Source of the DNA: a virus
Taxonomy: Duplodnaviria > Caudoviricetes
IMG/VR virus record: IMGVR_UViG_3300037247_000923
Span: 1-50,931 of that record
Reading direction: 5' to 3' (one strand)
DNA length: 50,931 nt
Shown: in pieces, positions 35,083 through 43,900 of the stretch
How the letters are laid out: every line of letters begins with the position of its first letter
How positions within the stretch are numbered: the first letter of the stretch is position 1
The notes under the pieces: model-generated
What the model was told of the DNA's origin: nothing
Database searches by the model: none
What the model saw: only the letters and a program-made list of their open reading frames with translations
Program-made: the position numbers and the translations under genes

Positions 35083-36387
35083 ATGGACCAACTACAAGCG
35101 ACAGCCCTGCGGGCCCTGCTGACTAAAGACGGTTGGATGGAGTTCGGCGGTAGGCTGGGAGAAGTATTCACAGATAACATAGCTCTTGCGCTGTACGGCC
35201 ATATAGAGAGCCTACACACTGCAGTAGACGGCGATTTCACCCTGCAAGATTTGCGGGTCAATGTGATTGGCCAGTACCGGCAGGGAGAGACACGCGCAGA
35301 CGAGCTATTGGAGGTAATAGATGGCATCGAAGAAACACCGGAAGTCAACTCCGGAGCCTTACGACACTCGGTCGATAAGTTCACAAAGAGGGAGTATCTT
35401 GCTAAAGCTGCACAGTACATTGCAACGAATCTTAGCGAAGATAATCTGGACGCCGGTATCGCTTATGATCTTGTGCAACGAGCAGTGGATATCGGCCAAG
35501 GTGTCAATTCAGAGATCATGGACCTTAGTGAATCGGGTGTTCCGGGAGAAGTTGACGATAGGTCAGCTATTTGTTCTCTCGGTATCTCGCCTGAACTTGA
35601 TAGCTGCCTTGGTGGTGGTGTTGCTAGTGGAGAGCTGCTTCTTTTTCTTGCTCCCCCTTGCCGTGGTAAGACTTCGTACCTCTGCGCAGTTGGTGCGAGA
35701 GCGGCAGCGCAAGGCCGAAAAGTCCTTCACGTCACCCTCGAAATAGCAGCCCGTCGAGTGGCTCGGCGCTACGATGCCACGCTCACAGGGCTAACCCGAG
35801 TGGAGATGATTGATAGGCCCCGCACAGTAGTAGCAGGGCGCACGCAGCTTACCAAGGCCGGTGGCTTCGTGAAGATCAAGGACTGGTCATATATGGACGT
35901 GTGCCCCAACGACGTGAAGGCTCTCGTCAAGAGGATGCGGGCCAAGGGCGATGAAGTAGATTTAGTCATTATCGACTATCTCGAACTCATGGTATCGAAT
36001 CCGAAGCAGCGATTTGCGCGGAGAGAGCAGCGCCATGAGTACGGTCAACTGGGTAAAGACATTAGGGCTGCCTCCGTTGAGCTGGATTTGCCAGTGATAA
36101 CGGCATGGCAGGTAAATAGACAGGGTTCCAATCTGGATGTAGTGAACCTTGAACACGTTTCGGAGTGCTGGGATATCATCAAGCATGCGGACATTATCTT
36201 GGGTATGAATCAATCAGCCGAAGAACTCCGTAATGCCCAGCTGAGGATGGGAGTCCTCAAGCAACGAGACGGCACGAATCGACCGACAGTGACGTTACAT
36301 AGTGACTTGGATAGGAACCAAGTGCGTGACCTACGAGATCGGGAGATAGTAACAGATATTACAATTGGAGGCTCTGATGGTACGTAG
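35083..36387 (+). CDS. dnaB: Replicative DNA helicase, DnaB/SF4 type
   Basis: Walker A APPCRGKT, HVTLE, VIIDYLEL, TAWQVNR, KQRDG. Confidence 0.92.
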   Translation: MDQLQATALRALLTKDGWMEFGGRLGEVFTDNIALALYGHIESLHTAVDGDFTLQDLRVNVIGQYRQGETRADELLEVIDGIEETPEVNSGALRHSVDKFTKREYLAKAAQYIATNLSEDNLDAGIAYDLVQRAVDIGQGVNSEIMDLSESGVPGEVDDRSAICSLGISPELDSCLGGGVASGELLLFLAPPCRGKTSYLCAVGARAAAQGRKVLHVTLEIAARRVARRYDATLTGLTRVEMIDRPRTVVAGRTQLTKAGGFVKIKDWSYMDVCPNDVKALVKRMRAKGDEVDLVIIDYLELMVSNPKQRFARREQRHEYGQLGKDIRAASVELDLPVITAWQVNRQGSNLDVVNLEHVSECWDIIKHADIILGMNQSAEELRNAQLRMGVLKQRDGTNRPTVTLHSDLDRNQVRDLRDREIVTDITIGGSDGT

Positions 36388-36724
36388 TCCGTGGCCACCA
36401 GTAATAGATAAGCGAAAGGATATGAGGATGAAGTGGGAGACAATAGGTAAAATACTGGGCGGATTTGTTGGGGCGGCTATTGCGCTGTCTATAGCGTGTT
36501 GCTTGCTTTTGAGTCAACCAACTGGTCACTATTATATGAATAACGGTGCAGGGGCTTTTAGTAATGCATCCAATGCCGCCTGCACCATTTACGAGGATGT
36601 TCGGTTTGGACCGGACAGATTGATGTATGCTGGTGACGCGGATCGGGCGTTTCAGTTTTATAAGTACTTGACTTCTCAGCCGGTTCCCCGAGAACAGCCG
36701 GGGAAATACCAGCTGACCAAATAG
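36365..36724 (+). CDS. Membrane-anchored hypothetical protein (start uncertain)
   Basis: TM segment ILGGFVGAAIALSIACCLLL. Confidence 0.55.
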   Translation: MEALMVRSPWPPVIDKRKDMRMKWETIGKILGGFVGAAIALSIACCLLLSQPTGHYYMNNGAGAFSNASNAACTIYEDVRFGPDRLMYAGDADRAFQFYKYLTSQPVPREQPGKYQLTK

Positions 36725-36737
36725 GAAGGTTTAAGAC

Positions 36738-36908
36738 ATGAGACATATAATTTTTAGGGGCGGCCCGTTAGATAGGATAACTAGGTATAATGTTACAGGT
36801 TGGGCTGCTTTTCCATATCAAAGCCACGAAATGCCGGAAGCGGTTACCTACGTAAATTCCGGCCAAAAAGATAAAAGTGGTCTTGAGATTTGGATATTGA
36901 CTCAGTGA
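36738..36908 (+). CDS. Small hypothetical protein (56 aa, MRHIIFRGGPLD...)
   Basis: AGGAAGG RBS; GGPxD motif; GTGA overlap with the resolvase. Confidence 0.55.
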   Translation: MRHIIFRGGPLDRITRYNVTGWAAFPYQSHEMPEAVTYVNSGQKDKSGLEIWILTQ

Positions 36909-37504
36909 AAATAGGGATTGGCATTGACCCCGGCTTGACCGAGAGCGGAGCAGTCGTCATTGACGATAGGGACGAGAATGTGGCGCTGGCGTGGGCTACG
37001 TTCTCCTGCACCGATACCGCTGACCCGGATGTGACGCGGGTGCTGAGTTTAGCGGCAGCAATCATCGACGTACTCGTTGGATGGATTGATGCGCTTGGGG
37101 TTGAAGAAGTGGATATTAGTATTGAATTGCCGTTTCTTAGGAAGGGGCGGTATGGGAACCCGCAATCATTTGCCAAGCAGATGCGGCTGGTCCAAGAGAT
37201 CGAGTCTGGCATCTACTTCCGCGTAGCTGCGGACGTAAAGCAATGCTGGGTGACAGAGGTCTATCCAGCCACCAGTAAGGTGATGGCTACAAATGATGGC
37301 GGTGCTACGAAGGACGAGATACTTGCCGTGTCCCCGTTCAAGGACATGACAAAGGTGGCGCTTGAAACTAAGCGGACGCTGGCCGACGCGTGGGCGCACA
37401 GTCTGTGCTCATGGGGAGGCACGGCACACCCCGCTAACAGAATGAATTTCACAGAACTAAAAGCTGCGGAGGTAAAACGTGGAAAGATCGGAAGCCCGTT
37501 CTAA
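36905..37504 (+). CDS. ruvC: RuvC-like Holliday junction resolvase
   Basis: IGIDPG, ISIELP, ATKDE and LADAWA motifs. Confidence 0.85.
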   Translation: MKIGIGIDPGLTESGAVVIDDRDENVALAWATFSCTDTADPDVTRVLSLAAAIIDVLVGWIDALGVEEVDISIELPFLRKGRYGNPQSFAKQMRLVQEIESGIYFRVAADVKQCWVTEVYPATSKVMATNDGGATKDEILAVSPFKDMTKVALETKRTLADAWAHSLCSWGGTAHPANRMNFTELKAAEVKRGKIGSPF

Positions 37505-37853
37505 AGCAATGGGCATTGCCGCTGAGATAGCGGCCATGGGGTACAGGTTCCCCGGAGATAGAATTTTTATTGTACGAGATGGGGCAGCTGACAAATCTAC
37601 AGGGGGGATTATACTGCCGGACTCTGCAAAGAAAAAACCAATTCGCGGAACCGTTGTCGCATTGGGTGCCGGCTTACAATTAGAGGACGATGAATTCAAG
37701 AGTGATGCAGCGGTAAGATTAGGAGAGTTGAGTGTACTGGATGTGGCTATCTTTACCAAGTACAATCCGGTTCTTATCGAGCTGGCTGACAGCAAGGGCG
37801 AAATGATGATACTAGAGGTCATGCATCCGAATGACATTTATGTTATCCTATAG
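37479..37853 (+). CDS. groES: GroES-like co-chaperonin
   Basis: PGDRIFIV..DKSTGGIILPDSAKKKPIRGTVVALGAG. Confidence 0.9.
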   Translation: MERSEARSKAMGIAAEIAAMGYRFPGDRIFIVRDGAADKSTGGIILPDSAKKKPIRGTVVALGAGLQLEDDEFKSDAAVRLGELSVLDVAIFTKYNPVLIELADSKGEMMILEVMHPNDIYVIL

Positions 37854-38037
37854 GCAGTTGCATAGGACCTTTCAGACTAGTGACAGTATAGGGGCGGAAT
37901 GTACGATTCACCCCATATTAATTAATGCGTGGGATACTGCTATTGGCTATGTAGCTTGGGAATGTGCTACAATTAATATGGAGTCTGGTTCTGGACCCGA
38001 CCCACCAGAATATACGCCTTCACCAATCGAGGACATT

Positions 38038-38376
38038 GTGAGTGATAAACGTTGGATAGGCGTCGACCTTGATGGTACGCTGGCTGCGTATGACGGCTGG
38101 TCCGACGCCTCAAAGATTGGCAAGCCCATCAAGCCCATGATTACGCGCGTGCGAGAGTGGATTAGGAAGGGTATTATTGTCAAGTTGTTTACAGCGCGCG
38201 CAAACGACACGGAGAACCTGCATCACGTAGAGGCATGGCTTAAGAAGCATGGTATAGAGATGGAGATTACGGCGACGAAGGACAAGCATCTGATTGCCAT
38301 TTGGGATGATAGGGCTATACCAGTGGAGAGAAACACCGGCTATGTGAGGCTGGATAAATCGTTGAGGAAGATGTAA
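38038..38376 (+). CDS. HAD-superfamily phosphatase (PNK-phosphatase-like)
   Basis: WIGVDLDGTL, LFTAR and WDDRA motifs; GTG start after GAGGA. Confidence 0.8.
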   Translation: MSDKRWIGVDLDGTLAAYDGWSDASKIGKPIKPMITRVREWIRKGIIVKLFTARANDTENLHHVEAWLKKHGIEMEITATKDKHLIAIWDDRAIPVERNTGYVRLDKSLRKM

Positions 38377-38672
38377 TGGTAAGGAAATTAAAATCTATTC
38401 GTTGGTGGGACAATACACCAGAGCATATGAGGCCCGATAGATTAAGTCTATCGGTTCGTGAAAAGTTCGGCTACTGGTTTCTGCGTACTGTTTTGCGCTG
38501 TCCGTGGCACGGAATACAGGCCATGGGGATGTTGGCAGATATGGAACTTACTGCTGAAGCGCTTTATAGGGCCGGGTTACCGATCACTGAGACAATGCCC
38601 ATCAAAGAAGAGGGTGAGCCAGCAACTTATTTTCTGGTAAAGACTAAGGATAAGAAGAAGAAGAAACACTAG
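38376..38672 (+). CDS. Hypothetical protein
   Basis: TAATG coupling. Confidence 0.55.
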   Translation: MVRKLKSIRWWDNTPEHMRPDRLSLSVREKFGYWFLRTVLRCPWHGIQAMGMLADMELTAEALYRAGLPITETMPIKEEGEPATYFLVKTKDKKKKKH

Positions 38673-38809
38673 CCCGAAATACCGCGCAGGCTAAAACCCG
38701 TGGCGGGAGTTGTACACCGGAGTATCCGGAATTGGCCGGAGGCTGGTCGACATAATTAGGGCCGGGGTAGGAAAGAGTCCCGGCCCATCTTACTTAGGAA
38801 GGACGCACT

Positions 38810-38878
38810 ATGGAAGCTGTACTTATTTTGATAGCTTTTTTCGTGATGCTTTACTTAATCGCTAGATTAAAGCCCTAG
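38810..38878 (+). CDS. Putative 22-aa hydrophobic peptide MEAVLILIAFFVMLYLIARLKP
   Basis: AGGAAGGA RBS; single TM helix; preceded by hairpins. Confidence 0.45.
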   Translation: MEAVLILIAFFVMLYLIARLKP

Positions 38879-39037
38879 CCAATCACGAACCTTTTGCTTG
38901 AAACGCTCAACCACGGCTAGGTTCCACACAAAGGACATAGGCCATCGCGCTACCGTACCGAGAGCCGGGACGTAGGCGACGAGTGCCATGCCGATGAACA
39001 GACTAACTAGGTCGATGCCGATTCCGAGAACGGACAT
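38867..39037 (-). CDS. Small membrane protein at the end of the lysis cassette
   Basis: GAGG RBS before MSVLGIGID; hydrophobic. Confidence 0.55.
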   Translation of the reverse strand: MSVLGIGIDLVSLFIGMALVAYVPALGTVARWPMSFVWNLAVVERFKQKVRDWLGL

Positions 39038-39039
39038 AT

Positions 39040-39423
39040 TTACCTCGCTGCTTGTAGTCCGGCATAAGCCCCTACCACAAACCAAAGGGCAGGCTGCTTT
39101 AGAAAGCGGACTATGATGTTGCCGCGGTCCTCTTTATAGACCGCGATGATTTGCTCGTACTGCTGTTCTTGGAGCTGCAGCATCCGAGCATAAAATAGAC
39201 TATCTTCTTTATTCTGCCAATGGGCAAGCCGTAAGTCGATAGTTAAAGTGTCAATCTGCAAGGCTTGGTCATCGACCAGATCAAGCAGACTATCTGCTTC
39301 GGCCACGGTTAGGTTTACGCCCACGCTGTCCGCGAATTCGTTTGAGTAGCTCATCTTTGCGGTTGGCACCAGGAGCAGGACGCTTGCTATCACGATTAGC
39401 GCGTGCTTCATCCTTCTCGGCAT
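39040..39423 (-). CDS. Spanin-like or lysis accessory protein (N-terminal signal, coiled coil, C-terminal hydrophobic segment)
   Basis: MKHALIVIASVLLLVPTA signal-like segment; overlaps the upstream i-spanin-like gene; no lipobox Cys; start uncertain. Confidence 0.5.
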   Translation of the reverse strand: MPRRMKHALIVIASVLLLVPTAKMSYSNEFADSVGVNLTVAEADSLLDLVDDQALQIDTLTIDLRLAHWQNKEDSLFYARMLQLQEQQYEQIIAVYKEDRGNIIVRFLKQPALWFVVGAYAGLQAAR

Positions 39424-39607
39424 CCGCCTCAGTAATGCGTTCATCTTTCCTTCTCTCATGTTCTTTGCACGCGGTATCCGCCTCAACCTTATGGCCGCGG
39501 CGTATCACTTGTTCCTTCTTCTTTGTATCTCCCCGACCCCGAAGCCCCATCACTACCAACACCGCCATTATTACTGCCAGTATTACGCTTACCAATTGCT
39601 TGAGCAA
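39290..39607 (-). CDS. i-spanin (Rz)-like protein
   Basis: N-terminal TM followed by a charged coiled coil; AGGAGG RBS; TTG start. Confidence 0.55.
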   Translation of the reverse strand: MLKQLVSVILAVIMAVLVVMGLRGRGDTKKKEQVIRRGHKVEADTACKEHERRKDERITEADAEKDEARANRDSKRPAPGANRKDELLKRIRGQRGRKPNRGRSR

Positions 39608-39755
39608 TTTGGCCTCCTATATGAATAGCCGCATTTGAGCCAAGTGTAGCCCAGGTTACGGCCTCTAACACTCGTGCCTGAAATTCATTCAATGGCATGA
39701 AAGCTGCGGCCGCAATAACGACCACCGCTATGATTACTTTTCTGTATCCTCGCAT
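39489..39755 (-). CDS. Putative holin
   Basis: RKVIIAVVVIAAAAF...VTWATLGSNAAIH two-TM pattern; in the lysis cassette. Confidence 0.55.
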   Translation of the reverse strand: MRGYRKVIIAVVVIAAAAFMPLNEFQARVLEAVTWATLGSNAAIHIGGQIAQAIGKRNTGSNNGGVGSDGASGSGRYKEEGTSDTPRP

Positions 39756-40198
39756 AGTGTCTTTCTAAAATATAAAACTTCTTCCCCGGCGTATTCATGT
39801 TCGGGAGGGTAAATCTCGTACCCTGCACTCAGCAAGGACTTGATGCTGGCAGCAACCAGCAGCGTGTAGGTGAATAAGTCCGTCAGACCCAACTCGCGGG
39901 CCTTAACCTCTCGTAGGATTAACAGCTGTTTCTGTAGACCACGACCTCGGTGGCCGGGAAGTACTCCCACCCGGCACATAAAACCCTCACCGTTGTCATA
40001 TGGCTTCAACCCGGCGAAGGCAATTGGCTTGGTGCCCTTGTAGACAATCCACCAGTAGCATTTTCGTTTCGAGTACAGATCGTCTCCGGGAAAGCATTGA
40101 AAGTCTAACCAGTCGAGCAAAACTCGAATAGCAAACGTTAATCTCTGCGGAGTGGCGACCTGTTTAATTGTTACCTTACCACTACCCTTCTTAGCCAT
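39734..40198 (-). CDS. GNAT family acetyltransferase
   Basis: Acetyl-CoA motif A VGVLPGHRGRGLQKQLL; ASIKSLLSAGY. Confidence 0.85.
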   Translation of the reverse strand: MAKKGSGKVTIKQVATPQRLTFAIRVLLDWLDFQCFPGDDLYSKRKCYWWIVYKGTKPIAFAGLKPYDNGEGFMCRVGVLPGHRGRGLQKQLLILREVKARELGLTDLFTYTLLVAASIKSLLSAGYEIYPPEHEYAGEEVLYFRKTLCEDTEK

Positions 40199-40746
40199 CC
40201 CCTTATGAACGCCTCCGATCGCTCTCGCTTTTCAACAAGGTCTATATAGAACGCCCCGCGCTGGATTACCAGTGCCTTGTGCAGAAACCCTGGCCCCTCT
40301 ACTTCTTCGTAAGCTTCAAGAGCCGCTAAGGTACGAATCCCCATGGCCCCATCTACTACGAGATCGGGGTAGAGCGTGCCCTGTCGGTTCAGAATGTTGA
40401 GGCCACGTTGCAGAAACGTTACTGCTTTCCAGACTCCGGTGTGTACGGCAATGTCGAACATTTCATTGGCAAGTAACTGATTTCCGTACATCGGCGCACC
40501 AACGGGGCTCCAATATAGAGCGAAATAGAATTCGGCAACACGTTTCTGCAGCTCACTATCTGCATCCAGAACCGTAGGAAATGCTGCACTGTCCCTATAT
40601 GAGCCAATACGTTCCCACCCACTCCAATGAGGATTTTTGGCGCGGGCGATACCTTTGTAGGTTTCCCCTCCGGGGTCGCTGGGGTGGTTGACGTAGCCGC
40701 CTTCGGTGCTCAGTGTCTTTTGTAATGCTAGATCAAATAATGCCAT
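40171..40746 (-). CDS. Endolysin, GH108 muramidase with peptidoglycan-binding domain
   Basis: EGGYVNHPSDPGGETYKGI; VDGAMGIRTL; FIRGWLRR. Confidence 0.92.
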   Translation of the reverse strand: MALFDLALQKTLSTEGGYVNHPSDPGGETYKGIARAKNPHWSGWERIGSYRDSAAFPTVLDADSELQKRVAEFYFALYWSPVGAPMYGNQLLANEMFDIAVHTGVWKAVTFLQRGLNILNRQGTLYPDLVVDGAMGIRTLAALEAYEEVEGPGFLHKALVIQRGAFYIDLVEKRERSEAFIRGWLRRVVVR

Positions 40747-40946
40747 TACGGACCACCTGCGAAGAACATTTTAACCTTAGTCAGCAGGACTATAGCCGTC
40801 GCACTGAGCGCCCCTATGAATCCCGACTTCACTTCTACACGGGCCAGTCGACGATCAATGCGCTTTACGTCTTGTCGTGTCTCTACGATTTCGTCATAGA
40901 GCAGACGTTCGACACTGCTGAGATCGTCTGGATGTGCTTTCCTCAT
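40746..40946 (-). CDS. Small coiled-coil protein with C-terminal TM (holin/antiholin-like)
   Basis: RIDRRLARVE followed by a hydrophobic segment; directly upstream of the endolysin. Confidence 0.55.
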   Translation of the reverse strand: MRKAHPDDLSSVERLLYDEIVETRQDVKRIDRRLARVEVKSGFIGALSATAIVLLTKVKMFFAGGP

Positions 40947-43900
40947 TATGGCTCCAATCCTATTCCCCGCTCTTGAATGATGCGCATGTATTCATCAATC
41001 AATTGCGGGTCGTGCTGTATGGCCCGCAGCATGTATGAAATATCGCGCGCTGACATGGCTTTCTCAATTCCCTTAGTGCCCGTGATGCGGACTCTATATG
41101 TGTTGGTCAACTCGGCTATGGCCTCGTCTACCTTCTTTTGGTTGTTGTCCTCTATGCCGTCGATTAGTTTCTGTGTAGCAACTCGCATATTGAAGTAGAA
41201 CTTTTGGCGCGTGCGTGTGATTGCCTTCTGGCCACCGCGAAAGATTTTATCTCGGATAGCTTGCTGCCCAAAAACAGTCGGTAGGAAGTCGCCGCCCAAT
41301 CCGGGCGCTGGCTCTCCCTCAATACCCTCTCCGGGCCGTATGGACTCACCTAGTCCTTGAAGAACTTGCTGCGGTGAATCGCCGGGCATGGGAAAGGTCG
41401 TTGCAAAGTCTAAGGGCCGAAGCCTTTCGCCGGTTCGCGTGACTTGTGCGCGCTTTTCAAGACGCTCAGCGGCTTTAGTCGCAGTACTGAAAGCAACAAA
41501 CATGGGGAGCAGGGTATCCAGCGCACCCAAGTAGGCCTCTGTAGCCCGCGATACCCGCTCGGGGTCACGGTCGCTGAGTGCCTGCATGAGGTCCATGCTC
41601 TTAATAAAGGCATCGACAGCTGGGGCTGAAACGTCTCGTGGTTCCTTGGGAATAAAGCCGAGTCCAACGTAATCAGTTACGTCAATACCCATTTCCTCCG
41701 CAGCGATCCGCGATATCCAACCTGAAACAGCCAGATAGGTTACGATATTACCCGGATTGCGGGTGAACTGAAACGCCAGTTCCTCAATCTGCTTTGGAAT
41801 AAAGCTAAGAAACTGAGTCGCTGCAACAGCTACCCCTTTCGATTGGAATATCGTTCGAGTAACCCATGGGCTTCTGCCCGCCGCTCCGAACATATGATTA
41901 ACTTCTTCGGCCGAACGCAGGGCTTCAAAGGCGATTCGCCGTTGAAACTTGGACCCTGACGCTACCACTTCATTCCACGATGAAAACCCAAACCGTGCTG
42001 CATGAACATCTACCGCCGCCATGGCAGTAGCTCCACGAATAAGTTCCTCCGTGGTAGCGGTTGAATGGATGCCAAGCGGGCTAACGGTGTAGCCATGCTT
42101 AGCAATAAAGGTGGAAAAGCGTCGAAAGAAGTCAGACTCAAAAATGTCGAGAAACGTATCGTATGTTCCTATCTGCTTGTTAAGAGCCTGCCCCTCAAGT
42201 GTTGCCATCTCAAATAAGCCGCGGGCTGTACGAAGCATCCCGAAACGCCCAGCGGATGTAGCAAGGCCGGTCGCAATCTGCATAACAGGGTAACGTGGAT
42301 TTCCCGGCAATGCTCCGGCCCACAAAAGACCAGACATACCTATGAGTGCTCTGTCCCATACCTGCGGAACCCAGCGCCGTGTACCGTCCTTATTGATGGC
42401 TGCACCAATCATCTCGTCAATTCGGTGGCCGAGCGGTGTTGGCTTGCCCTGCATGGTGGAAACCAGATCGTTCATGTAGGTTTGAAATGTTGGGTTCTTC
42501 CACCTAGCGGACATTTCTGCGCCCGTTTGGATCATGTCGTCGAAGAGCGGCTCCATAATACGTTTTCTGTTGAAGGCCCGCCCATAGAGGTCCAGCGCCA
42601 ACATAGCATCTCTCTGGTAGCCCTGTGCCCCTGTCCGGCTAAGTAAGTGACTGGCAAATACCTCTGCCTTCGCCGGAAGGCCAATGTACTCTAAGGGCCG
42701 CGCCCCGCCCGAGAACTGTGAGTGGTCGAATACGTGGCGAATGTAGCCCGTCAAGTAGCGCGGTGTATCTGTCAAGCCCTGTAGATTTGCCACATGGTCC
42801 AACAGTTTCCGAATCTGATCGTGAAATTTCATCAGTTCAGGGGTTGCCTTGGCGGAGGCCTCTACAAATTCTTCGCTTCCAACCTCACTGTCGAGTAAGT
42901 CAAATAGGATTCGATTCTTTTCCGGGTCAACCTTATATGGCGCAAAAGATTTCTTTGGGTTCCAATTGGTTCGGTTACGAATAACCCCGGCCTTCTCGGC
43001 GCCGTCTAGAATCTGATCGTACCAGACCCGAGTTTCCTGGTTATAGCGCAGGGTTTGGCTGCGGAATCTCTCCCACGCACCGGGCGAATAGGTTTCCAGG
43101 AATCGCTGTGGCTCTCGAAAGAGTTGAAACGTTTGGACTCCGCCGCGTTGGAGGATGAAGTCGGAATCTAAGATTCCACCACCCGGATACAGCGACCGAA
43201 TCATACGGTCATGTGCTGTAGACATCCAGCTATTAAGGCGTGCTGGCGTGCTCATAACCCCTTCGTCATGTGTGGGTGCCCAGATATCGTCGAACTTACG
43301 CGTCTTATCTGTAAACTTGCCCATTTTGCTAAGAGAAATTTGGTGCTTCTTAAGCGTGTTCAGTACTGCCTCTTGTACGTTGATGACCGCCTTGTCGCCC
43401 AACTCCCGGACCTTGCCGAGTTGCTTCTTGGCGACGAAGATGTGGTTGTCAAGCATCGTGGCCGTGCTGTTGAACAGTTCATCCCGTGACTTCTCGACAA
43501 CGCGTGCCGCTAGGGCAGCCTCGACAGCCTTGTTTGTTTTCTGAACCTGTCGCCAGTTAATCAAGGCCATTTGTGACTGAGGCAGGCCGCCGTATTCTGG
43601 CGTCATCGGGTAAACGTAAATATCGTCAACAGACGGAGCACCGGCACGAGCCATTAGATTGAGTCCATCACCTGCTGCCTCCGCATCATCTGGCCCCATA
43701 AGCTGTCGCCGCTGGAAGAGCGGCAGATCGTCAACGTTATTCCAATCCACCGGATTGTCCATTTCACGGAGCAGTTCCTTCTTGCGAAGCTCATGCATCT
43801 CTTTGGCGATGTCGTCCATATTAACCCTACGCGTAAAGCCCTCTTCCGGCGATACATCATCAAGATAACGTCTGGTCGTTGATAGATCAGGTAACTCGTC

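Noticed and set aside
34467-35420. 317-aa minus-strand ORF and the many other antisense ORFs in the track
   Set aside because: They are shadow frames opposite well-supported genes, with no RBS or recognisable motifs, and run against the operon direction
38673-38715. c-di-GMP-I riboswitch (GGCTAAAACC resembles part of the motif)
   Set aside because: The GGCAAA..GAAA..GACGCAAA P2 arm is absent
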